From Catajapyx aquilonaris (taxonomy: Eukaryota), in the NCBI GenBank assembly GCA_000934665.2, contig JYFJ02001528.1:1-64000 (forward strand): 64,000 nt of DNA, given 5' to 3'. The notes under the pieces were generated by a model. It worked only from the letters and a program-made list of their open reading frames with translations. It made no database searches and was not told the DNA's origin. Positions 52,301 through 64,000 of the stretch are shown here, piece by piece (position 1 is the stretch's first letter; every line of letters begins with the position of its first letter). The translations under genes and the position numbers were made by a program.

Positions 52301-53429
52301 TTTTCAAGCACCACATTTCTAATTAAATTAATCGAGATGAGTGCACAATTTATATAATTCATAAATACAGCTTTAATGGCCTGGGCACACCATCATTAGT
52401 TATGAAATATTGCTTCATGACGGAGGGGGGAATTTATTTTGGACCATTCTGGTATGGGATGTCGGTTTATATGATCAGTTAGTTGTGGAAGTTATCCCCC
52501 TAAAAAGCAGCGTCATTGATATGAGTAAACGTGAGTTAAATATCTTACGAGGAGTGACTGTATAAGACGGCGATTGTACTGATAATACCATGTGCCAAAT
52601 TTTGTGCGGAACATGTTTCAACTAACAACTAAGTTTCTCAATAAGTGAACAAGCTCCATAAGGAAATCTGATTTCTTCCCCTGTGAAGAAAGGGGCTTCC
52701 TGCACACCCTGTGTATCGCAGGTTGGCCATATTAAAGAATGACAACAGGGTAGTCACTCTGCATATAGAGTGGTTTCAATATGATTCCTCTTTGCACATG
52801 TGACGCATTGGAGGCAGCGGGCCGGTAGCATACAGCAGTGGCAGCAGGGGCAGTAGCAGCAAGTGCGCAAGCGGCAATGGTAACATGTGTCCCCTTTTCA
52901 GGCAACGCTAATGAGCCCGAGATGAGATTGGTGATGGCTAGTGGTGCTGGTGGTGGATGAATGTGGAAGTACGGTTTGGTGGCAGAGCCAGTCGGATTTT
53001 GATAGGGAGCCCCACCTGCAAAACCAATCACCTTTTCCCACAAGCACCATCGACTCCCAATGCAGTGTAAATTGCGTGAAATTAGCCTTCGTTAAGCGCC
53101 TAATTTTCAAAACAGGCTTACCGCTGCCGGAAGGAAATTTAGCTTCATTAACTAAGTTTCACTTCTGTCACAACGCAATTTGAAATCGCGTGAGGCGGCT
53201 CCTATTGATTAATAGCCTCTTCCGATCCCTACTTTAATTTCTCTCTTTGACGATAGCGTCCCGGTTGGTCCCGGTAGGTGCTTATTAGACAGTAGCCTGC
53301 ATAGAAAAGTGCGGTGTTTTGCCTGTGTTGGTTTCATCCCAGAGGAATCTCTGCCAGTCGAACTGCTCTGACATTTACAAACGACTGCATTCAAATCCCT
53401 CTGTGTCGCACCCAAATGCGGAGGAAGTA

Positions 53430-53850
53430 ATGCAGGGATCGCGGGAGGTCACATTCCATTCAGCCATAGTACTTTTCCAAAAGATGTTTCAGGCTGCGCT
53501 CGCAAAAGGAGGAAATATACGATTGCGGGCATATCCGAAGGAATATCATCGGTTGGGAATTGAGTAGATGGAAGCCGTTGTGGAAGGACAATAAATACGA
53601 CAAAGTTTGATTTATCGTAAGAGGCTCCCAAGTCAGCAACGTCATAAAACGGGTAGCTTTCTGAGAGAAAACAGTGAAGTGCACTCGCCTTTTCCCAGTA
53701 GTCTGTGGGGGCCTGGGTTGGGCATTAGCCCCCAATGTTCCATGCAGGTTGCTCCATGACTGCGGCCCAATGCGGATAAGTCAAGGTTATGCCCGGAAAC
53801 CACATCACACACTAGGAAGTCAAAGCACTCTACTTCCATTCTGGTTGAAA
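53430..53850 (-). pseudogene. Decayed LINE ORF2 C-terminus
   Basis: QKATRFMT, LTWEPL and STMAEWN resemble QRRAARF, LxWxxL and RTxxEWNxLP. Confidence 0.35.
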
Positions 53851-56800
53851 TTATTCAAATCGCCTTGTTTGCTCATCTGCGAATTACAAATTAATAACCA
53901 TTAAATATCAGCAGTTCGCTCCGTTTCAAGAGTGGTGAGGAAAGTTTTGAAGGGCTATTTTCAGGAAGAACTACTGATCATATCCACGGTCCTTGTTGGC
54001 CGCCAGCCACAGACCGGAATCATATTTAGGGGTAGCAGGGACACATAATTGTACCGGCAAGAGATGGCAGACTGTTTCAGACTGATTCATTGGAACGAGA
54101 TATTTCCTAACTTTACGTTATACGGCCCCGTTGTTTCAGAGGCGCTTCCCGCACGTCATATTTCCATGTCGCCAATAGTTCGCTTTGTGTACCTTATCTG
54201 TCGCAAAGAAAGAAACGGCAGTCGGCTGGTTTGAAACTTGTGCTGTAGCTCGACCCGGCACTATATAACTTACGTAGCTGTGTCCACCGGGACAACCGAC
54301 ATCGGCTATAGCCTCCTTGTGCAGGGTCATAAATTTTAGCGCACTTTCACATTCGCTTCATCCAAATCCCAGTTGGTTCCTCTGAGCTCCATGGACTTTT
54401 TTTTCAAAAATATCTGGACGAATACGATGCAGTGCAAAGCCTTATACAAACTGAGCGGATAAACAAATACGCTGGTTGAGAGTAACAATATGTTTATATA
54501 GAAACCCAAAAATGAGCCACGTTAAAAGTAACTAGTAGCCCATTGTATATTTTATGTGTGAGGATGAAGCACAGTCATGTATGTCCTATCATTTATATGC
54601 TTTTATGTTTCTTTTGAGCTGAGTATTTTCATTTGGGCATTGTTACACATACAGTGTATACATGAGGTACCGTATATAGACTACATGATTTTTATCGACG
54701 TTAAAAAATTGCCGTAAGTCGCATTATTATTGCAACATTTCAAACAAAGGTGGAATAGAGCTTTGTTAGCAGAACGCTGTACTCCCTTGTTAGAAGCACC
54801 TGAAACATTACAATCATACAGTATAAAAATATATATCCGCTTACAAATAACGTCAGCTCCTATGAATCAAAAAGTAAAGTGCACAAAGGAAAATGTGCAT
54901 TCGTCATAATATTTGCTTCTTTTAATTAAGATACGGACTTCATCACAAATTCAGGTAACAAGCTACCTCTTGTTTGTAGGATTCGATCTTTCTCTAAATG
55001 AGGAAATCCCATGCCTCTGCTTGCCAAGAGTGTGGAAGGATCGCTGCCAGCTGTGCCTGTCTTCTGACCTGCTTTGCAGAGATACATTTTGTAGTCAGGA
55101 ATGGGAATAAAGAAAGAACAACGCGAAAAAACGGCCGAAGAGCCAGTAACTTGTTGATTATAGGATTATGATACGTCCATGCTCTGTATAAGTTTATAGA
55201 TTTCTCTAAGGGAGAGTAACTTTTAGCCAGGAAGACAATGACTTGACCATCAGAAAGTAGCCTACTTGTCAAGAATTCACGCCTAAGACCTAACATTCAC
55301 AAATACAATATTATCTGCGATCTGTATTGTACAGTACATTGTAAACATGGGTGAGTCAGTCCCAATCGTTATAAACATTCAGTTAGGAAGCTTCTTTCTA
55401 GGATAAGAGAGGGAGTAGCATATTCGATGGATTGTGCTTAAAATGCATAAATTCACGTAAATAAAACACATTATAAGTTTTAAATGTTAGTTTTATACAA
55501 GTTGATCTCATTATACAGTTTTGTAGGATACTGAATTTTTAATATTATTATACGCTCCAAAGTTACCAATGATTCTAAAGCCGTCTAAAGCAGTGTCTGT
55601 ACAAATATAATGGCGCAGTGCGGATTTAAAGTATAGACCTGTATGCGAATGACGAGCTTTACAGGAGAGTAATTTTTGGTATATTGGTCGCAATTAATTA
55701 ACTTCCTCTAAAGGTTTTTTGACAGCTCCATATTAATTTTGGTTGTGTACATTATTAATGTGGTTGCAAATTTCGGTACTTAATTCTGCGCTTTCATTTC
55801 TCGCAATTTTATGTTATAGCGGTGAACTCTCGCCGAGATTTATTGTCAGCGTCTGGAAATTGTGGATAGATGGAATGCAGCAGAAGTAGTCGCCCAACCC
55901 CATTCTAGTTGGGAAACATTCCAGTGAAATATCTGGCAAGCGGTGGCTCATCAGTCATCAAGATAAGAAAGTCCAAATTCATCAACACATGACCTTCCGC
56001 AGAGAATATATGGTGAATGCTACCGTGGAAGAGAAGGGCATCATTCACATAAGAATTTCATCTTACCTTCAGGCCATTCAATCCTTTTACATAGCCCCTT
56101 TGTTTTAATGGTTTGAAACGAAGAACTGTATTGCACACCCTTTTCTTGGAAACTGCTTTAATATCGCTGGGGAAAAAACTCACTTAAGATTACAGTAACA
56201 TTGGATTGTAAGTTAATTTCACTAAGTGTGCCCGGAATTGTCTGCCAGTTGAAATCTTACACTACTATAATCTCTTTAGTTAATGCATATAGTTCCGGAG
56301 AGATTTGATAATCATGCTTTACAGTATAGCTTTGAGATCAGAAAGTTTCCCAAGTCCAGGTAATACACTGAATCTTGATTGACACTTAACTTTCTCTTGG
56401 TGTAGGGGGCTTGAGATATTTAGTATTGTAATGTCAACTAAATCAATAATCTGCACTTGACGTACCTTCTTACGTAGTAATTTATTTTTCAATAAAGTAT
56501 GTGTCTACTTGGAGCCTATATTATGAAGTAATTATCAAGCAAACGCTTCTTCTATTTTGGACCCTTGCTTACATTTAAAAATCTTAAAATTTAAAAACGA
56601 AGCTTTACTTCTCTGCGTCAATGATTGAATAATATGCAGGGCTAGTTCATTCATGGAGTGTCACAAGCATTAAAATTCAAATAATGCGACCCTTTTATGT
56701 TATCTAGTTTCAAAGTACACCGGCACATATTACATAGAAAATATTGTTAATTTGAATGATATTCACTGATTTTGGTCAAGTTTTCCTCTTTCTGCCCATA

Positions 56801-59800
56801 TTCTAACGAAGAGGTGGTGTCCATAGATAAGAGAGGGTTCTATTATCTATGGTTGTGGCAATCACGTGCATCATCTTATCGTAATCTCAATCCATACTTC
56901 ACACCTGAACTCAAACGGGATAACTTGCCGTTGACTCCCTTGCGAAGAAGTGAAATTGTCATGTCATGCATACGAAGCGAGGTACTGTCGCGGCCAAAAA
57001 GCGAAAGAAGAATCGCAAGTGATTCCAACGAGTTTCCCTGAAATTGCTGCAATGTCTGTACTTCAGTGTTATTGTACCATGGAGTATATCAAGATTATGA
57101 CGTCCGCTACTGCATAATCGCACTATATAGCAGAGACGTTTCTGCTTTTACAGTGTACTCATTGGAGCCATTAATGATGGACCGGCTTCATCTTTTTTTT
57201 CCGCTAGAGTACTTCAGAAATTATCATATGCATGTCATAAAAACTCCGCGTCTTATTGACTTAAGTTATAAACGAATTAAAACCCAGTATTTGACTTTGC
57301 TGTCACAATCCAGTGCAAATGCAATTGTACTAAATCCCTCATGATATTAGTCACATAATACATCATAACTTAGTCTTACACCTGCAGGAGTAGAATATTA
57401 ACGAAGTCAGGTGTGAATGATCCATATGGCTTGCATAGCTCTCCATAACTATAAATTGGATGCCGCATGAAAATCTGCGTGCCTTGAGCCGAAAAGTGTG
57501 CTCACGAGCTTTAGTTGTGCAAGGGTAGGCAAAATCTCTCTCTCTCCCTGAGGACTCTGGTACGCCCATGTTTGCGGAATGATGATTCGGTCGGGATTAA
57601 AGAGGTCACGTCCCATTAGGCTAGTGGGGAACCTCTTTGGAACCCTGGTGACATAAGCAAGTTTTCTCTTTTTGCCACATTCAGCAGCCAAGAGCCTGGA
57701 ATTTGCTTAGTTTTTACATGCTTGAAAAGAGCAGTCTCTTTTGTAAAGAAACACTTTCAAGCAGTTCATGCTACATTACTACATCCTTGCTATCCAGGGA
57801 GGCATTTTGTTATGCGTTTTCTCGACAATGCTTCTGAAAAGCACTCACTTCCGTAATGGAGTTACACCATTTCCCCTATTTTTTACTCCAGACATTCAAG
57901 TGCGCTAAACCAGGAATTTCATACAAATAGCCTACTGAAGTAGACACAGTTACTGCTGTGCATTTTTGGAAAGGTTTCTCACACCCTAGAAAGCTGAACC
58001 GGTGTACAATAGACCACAGTAGATGCCGCTGGCCAAAAGAGGGCTCATGTGTCTGAAAATTTTTGAAGTGTTGCTTCAACTCTGCTCTCGTTGACACGTG
58101 AAATACCAAGGGACGAGCCATCCGCCGGAAGATTAATTATCCTCAGCTTCCATAGCATCTTTTCACTTTAGACTTTCAACGTCAGTGGTGCGGAGGAAAA
58201 CCAAGTCATCGGATGAATGAAAACCGTTTTCCACATTGTGGCTTCACTTCCCCCCCCCCCTCTCCCCCGCTCAAAATGTTCAAAATGGATTCTTTTCAGA
58301 TGGCGTTTAAGATGGGGGGTTTCTGGGGGTGTCCAACGTTACTTACCACCTGAAAGCACTGGTGCGTTGGTGGTATGGTGCGCGCGCATTTTATAGAAGA
58401 GTGCCGGAGCCTGGCCAATCGACTAGAGTGTAGGACTTGTAGGCTACGCACAAGAGGTTTCGTCTTTGCTTGGGAGAGATCAATAACTGAATAGCGCTCC
58501 CACAGCCTAGTAGCACATGATGTGTAGAGGGGTACGTTGGGACTGCCTGTAGCATCCAGATATGCAGTACATGTCGTCGGAAATGGATTCGCGGGAAAAA
58601 AATTTGGCGTGATTTAGGGCGGTTCAGAAAAGGTGGGATGGCCACTAGGCCAGGGCTTACATTTCATAAACCTGTATCGTATAATCGATAGGTTGGTATA
58701 GCAAAGCTAAAATAGAACTATGCATCGACGCGCAAGCGTTGATTTCAAATACTCCCGCACCAAATCAATAGTGATAGTTCTGTAAGCAAACGTATTTGAT
58801 CGAAGTATGACCAATACTGTGCCTTTACTATAGCAAGGCTTTCATTTTGATCCAGTTTTGCCCGTGACTCCAAGTGTTTTCTGTTCCCCGCCACGACAGA
58901 CGAATCAAATGGAAATAAATGATCGGGGGAGTCGGAAGAGGCAAAGACAAGAGCAAGTCGATTCCCCGGTGCCGCTACTTTGGAGAGCCTCTCTCCAAGA
59001 GTTTGTGCCGTGAATTTCTGGCGCCGGAAAAGTTTGGTAGCCCCCATGCTTCACGTTGCTGGCCACGACACCTCGGCCAACGTGAGCAGGGAGTCGGCTC
59101 GGTGACGGGGAAGACACGCTTGATAAGCGAAAATCCAGTTTGTAGCTGAGCCTGCCCAGGGAATGGCAATGGCGCCACGTGCAGTGGTCTCTATACAGTC
59201 GCCGCAACAAGTAGCTGCAGGCTTGGACAAGAGGGGTGGGTGGGATGTGTGGTGGGAAGGAACGGAAAGTGCGGGAGAACTTCGGAACTGTTTTTGCACT
59301 ACTAGAGCTCGGTTGCAAAAGCATACACTGGCAGGCGGGCTGAGACAAAGGCAAGCAAGTGTATTGAACAAGCGCCTACGTGCTGGGAGAACCCTTTAAG
59401 AGAAGATAGTGAGATCGACCCAGACTCTAGTCTTCATTACAGTTGTGTTGCGGTAATGAGGGCACCTATTGATTATTATTTTTCTCTCTCCAAACCTTCC
59501 CTCCTTCCATGCTGTGCGAAACTTCTTTTGAATGCTCTGCCTCATTTTGCGCGAAATTTGACAAACTTGGGGTTTTCCAGCATTGTGTAACTCCGAGTTG
59601 GGGGGAGGGGGTTGTTGTCGTGAAGGAGGAGGGAAGGGAGGGAGGGAGGGTGAAGGGGGGAATGAGTGAGGGTAGAAGGGTGGAAAAAGAGATTCGTTTC
59701 ATTTTCTTCGATGGCCTCTCCGGATGTGGAGCCAGTTATTTCGGTCCCCGGGAGCTGTTGAGAGCGAGCTGAATCGATCCCGGACTCCCGAAAATGGGAA

Positions 59801-59971
59801 TCACCTGATGGAACGGGCTTGGCCGCCGAGGGAAGCAAGAGCTTGAAGGAATCAAGAGTAGCACCTCCTGTACGTCCTAACTACTTGACCTTCCTCCTTT
59901 CCCTCACGCCTCTCTCCATCCCACTTTCATTCATTCCCGTCTTTCTCTCTTTCTCTCTTTTTCGACGGCAG

Positions 59972-59978
59972 CCACAAT
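59972..59978 (+). CDS. Predicted 7-nt micro-exon supplying the AT of the LRR gene start codon
   Basis: AG-free pyrimidine tract 59881-59969, CAG acceptor, CCACAAT, then a consensus GTAAGT donor. Confidence 0.6.
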
Positions 59979-60178
59979 GTAAGTTGGTGCAGAGGCGGCA
60001 GAAGGCAAGGCGAGAGGCTTCATGGCCCCATCTGGTAGCTGGCAGACGACGTCATCACTGCCGCGCCTTTTCGTGACCTCCTACCTTCCCTGGTGGAAAG
60101 TTCAGTAAGCTACTAATAATAAAGCCAAATGTCTGGTACCAACCATATTCTACTGTACTGTGCTATTCGCAATGTTAG

Positions 60179-63100
60179 GTCCACCAGGGACGGCTGGCTG
60201 GGTGTAGTGTTGCTGCTGTTGCTGCCGGTCTTATTGCTTCCTGTTGGGGTCAACGGAAACAAATGCCCTCCGGTGCAAGAGAGTCCACAATGCGCCTGCT
60301 ACCACTTTGATGACGGCGTCTTTCTGGAGTGCCCCAGCGTGAGCCTACAGGCCCTGCATGACACTCTCAAGATGGTATCGGCTCCAATCAAATCGCTGAG
60401 CGTCTACGATCTGGACAGAAACTTGTCCGTGCTTCCCAAGAATATGTTTCCAGATGACTCCCCGCCCGTCCAGCATTTGCAAATATCGCATTCTGGCATC
60501 GAAGCTGTGGACGAGGAAAGCCTGACAGGTCTTCGGGACAGTCTTGAGGCATTGACGCTGGTCAACAGCCGCCTGCAGCATGTACCTCAAAAAGCGCTAG
60601 AAAGGTTGACTCGTCTGCGTTCATTAGATCTAGAGGGAAACCAGATTCACGAGCTTCCCAGTTATAGTTTTTTTGGCCTTTCCCTAGCCAAAGTAAACCT
60701 GAAGAGCAATCGTTTAGAAAAAATAGCCGAATATGCGTTTGCGGGATTGGAAGAGTCTTTAAGTGAATTGGGCATGACGGAGAACAAACTCAAAACGTTT
60801 CCGATGACAGCTGCGATACGATTGGCCAGTCTGCGCTTCCTGAAGCTGGCCTGGAACGAAATCGACACGATTCCTTCAGATGGGTACTCAAAGCTGCCAT
60901 CTCTCGAGTATCTAGATCTAAGTTCCAACAATTTCGTCGCCATTTCGGAAGACACTTTTGAAGCGATGCCGCAATTGACCACCTTGTCTCTCTTGTACAA
61001 TGCGATTGGCAATGTCGATAAGAATGCGTTTCGATCTCTGACCGAGCTTCAAACTATCGATTTGAGCCACAACAAGATCGTCTTTTTGGAGAGCACCACT
61101 TTCTTGCGGAACAAGCGCTTGAGGACTATCGACTTGAGTCATAATCACATTCACTACATCAACGAAGCCTTTTCCAATTTGACAGAATTGCGTGAACTCT
61201 TTTTGCTAGAAAACAATGTTTTGAGCATACCCAACGAAGCGTTTTTGGGCTCCAACCAACTCTCTGTCATTTATTTGCAACAAAACGCAGTCAAGAGCGT
61301 GGGGGCAGAGGCACTGGGATCTTTAACTAACCTCTCCCAGATTCATTTGAGTTCCAACTATATCGAACAGATACCTCCCACTCTGTTTGAGCACAATAGG
61401 AGGCTAGCCTCGCTCAGCCTAGACGGAAACAGACTCACTCAATTGTTTCCTGGCACCTTCCGCAGCTTACTTGAGTTGCGAGAGCTGCGCCTACAACTCA
61501 ACTTTTTGGGCTCCATTGAACGTGGAGTGTTTGCCCCTCTGCCTGCTCTCCTAGAATTACATCTCCAAAACAACCGTATCACACACATAGATCCTGGAGC
61601 ATTTTCTACCTTGAGAAAGCTTCAACACATCAATCTTCAGGGCAATTTCCTGACTCACCTTGGAGAGGTGTTTAGTTCCAGCGCGCCAAACCTGCTGTCC
61701 ATCCAATTGGACTGGAATCAGTTGGTCTCTATTCACCGGGACTCTCTGCAAGGTCAAACGGGTGTCCAAATAATGTGGTTGGGTCATAATCGGTTACCCC
61801 AGCTGAATGCCTCCCTCCTAAGCGACTTGCACAGCGTTCAACGCCTGTACCTTACCTACAACGAGCTGAAGGTGGTGGAAGATGGGGCCTTTGAAAACAT
61901 GGCAGCATTGCAATTTCTGGAGATGAACGACAACCGACTGGTCAGCATCACTCGAAACACGTTTCGCGGCTTGGCTAGCTTGGAAGAGCTGTACTTAGCT
62001 CGCAACGCACTGACGCAAATAGAACCGGCGTCTTTCGACGTACTGGTGCGTCTGGGCTCATTGGATTTGTCAGGAAATATTCTCCTGACCCTTAGCGACC
62101 AGATGTTTCAAGCTAAGCTACCCTTGCAAATGCTGAACCTTGGCCAAGCCGCACTCCAGAGCATCTCCCCGGGAGCCCTTAAGCCTCTGGTCAGCCTCCG
62201 CGAGTTGAACCTAGAGGACAACCAGATCAGTGCAGAGTCCATCCCACACTTACAAATCGACACGTTGCAAGTGCTGAAGCTCTCGGGTAATAATCTGAGC
62301 CGCTTGTCTGAGGAGGTCAGCCTGGCTCTGCCCTCTCTACAGCACCTGTCTGTAGAAGATGCTTCTCTGGGCAGGATTCCTGAGGGATTGTTCCTGCAGA
62401 CGCCCCAGGTGCAGGTGTTACGCCTAGCCCGGAACCAACTGCGGAACATCACGCCCTCTACCCTGTTGCCACTGCATGCCTCTCTCCGGGAGCTCTATCT
62501 GGATGGCAACAACCTACGTGCCTTTCCTTACCAAGCTTTGGCCAACGCCAGCAGTAGCTTGGAGGTGCTGACCCTTTCCAAGAACCGCATCTCCAACGTG
62601 GACGTGTCCAAGCTGTACCTGCCCAAGTTGCATACACTGGACCTGAGCGCCAACCGCCTGACGCGCATGGTGGACTTTGCCTGCTGCCCTCCGGCTCTTC
62701 CCAACATCCAGAAGCTCGATTTGAGCGGGAATCGCTTGTCACGTTTGCACCAGGCCTTCTTTCTCAACACCACTCTCTCCCGGGTCAATCTGGCCTCGAA
62801 TCATTTCGTGCACGTACCGGAGCCATTGTCAGAGAGGAATCTTCGAGCCTTGCGCGTGCTCAATCTGACGGGTAACCCCTTACTGAGTCTGCATGAGGAC
62901 GTGCCCCTGCTGCCCAGCTTTCCAGCAGTGCTGGAATTACATATCACTGGCACTAACCTCTCCATACTCACCAGCAAGGACTTTGAAGCCTTTCCGGCGC
63001 TCCTGCACTTATTCTTGCGCGCCAACCTGATTGCACGTGTTTCTCCGGGAGCCTTCCGGCCCCTGACAAGCCTTCTCACCCTTGATCTGGGCTCCAACGA

Positions 63101-63218
63101 GATGGAGTTGCTACCTCAAGAGCGACTGCGAGGGCTCCTCCAGCTGCGTCTGCTCAACCTCACTCATAATCGCCTGAAGATGTTGGAGGAGTTTCCCAGG
63201 GATCTGCAAAACTTACAA
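60179..63218 (+). CDS. Large coding exon of an extracellular leucine-rich-repeat protein (chaoptin/artichoke-like), 3'-incomplete
   Basis: Lies within the 1038-aa ORF 60129-63245. Hydrophobic signal peptide, Cys-rich LRRNT cap (CPP..CAC..LEC) and dozens of LxxLxLxxNxL repeats. Likely TAG acceptor at 60178 and phase-0 donor CAA|GTTAGT at 63219; no LRRCT or TM segment in the window. Confidence 0.95.
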
Positions 63219-64000
63219 GTTAGTCAATTCATTATTTCTGCATGATCCTTGAAGCTGGTTATTACATGTACTGTACGCTTTGATGTTCGAAATAGTTATT
63301 ACTTATTACTTATTAAGTTTAATCTGACCATGTCGCAGCTGGTAATTTGAAGTGTTTTTGCTCCGAATTGGAATCTACAGTGCACATAGTCTGCCTGCCT
63401 ATACACTTTTATACACAGAGATCCTTGAGTTTTTCATCATTTTGCCTGATATCTATATAGCTCGACATCTCTTTTGCGCTCTTTGAAGTATGCTTCAAAG
63501 GTTGAGTGAATATTCTACAGCCGCGTCATTATTCTCACTAGTAAGTTCTTGCAGTGTGTGACACTATAGAGTCCATAATCTAGGCCTCTGTGGGAGTGTG
63601 ATATCAGAGCAGTGCATATTATAAGGATGAATGATAAAGAGACGGGCCGTGTGCATTCGAGCCGTTAATATTTTCGCCCTCGTAGATTTCTCAAGCTGTG
63701 CAATTTCTTCACGTGCTTGATACATTAGAGGGCTATGGCCTATGCTATAGGAATTTGCGATCATATCGGAGAGAAAGGGACACTGCAACATATTATATTG
63801 CGTATTTATAAAACCACGACTTTATCCCCCCCCCNCCCCCCCCCCCCCAAATTAAGTTTTCGAATGATTTTCCGTTTTTATTGGTGCACTGCAGTACTAG
63901 AAACGAGCATTGTTACAGGCATACAAATTACCTGTACGACCTCACACGTGTTTTGCACTCCTCCGGCCATAGTCGTCCGAATGTCAGAAAATCGTCTCAA

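Noticed and set aside
60129..60178. ORF-track N-terminus MSGTNHILLYCAIRNVR as the main start
   Set aside because: It looks like the 3' end of an intron ending in TTAG. Kept only as a possible alternative start.
60345..63097. Antisense ORFs over the LRR exon
   Set aside because: They are shadow frames of a real coding sequence.

Overview
This is eukaryotic, most likely arthropod, genomic DNA. The one convincing protein-coding sequence is a ~3 kb exon at the right end (about 60179-63218, +) encoding a secreted or cell-surface chaoptin/artichoke-like leucine-rich-repeat protein that continues beyond the window. Its start codon appears to be split across a 7-nt micro-exon (CCACAAT|gtaagt ... ttag|G). 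The first ~27 kb is packed with nested mobile DNA: palindromic MITEs of several superfamilies, tRNA-derived SINEs with shuffled modules, a deleted mariner, a 3.5 kb fold-back element with 150-bp subrepeats, and two palindromic elements built from duplicated transposon 5' ends or 3' ends. The 27-59 kb region is mostly non-coding, with old LINE relics, a candidate TATA promoter/first exon and an odd tRNA-like cloverleaf. Almost all short ORFs in the track are spurious. I found no prokaryotic-type system, CRISPR array or ribozyme. All alignments were done by eye.
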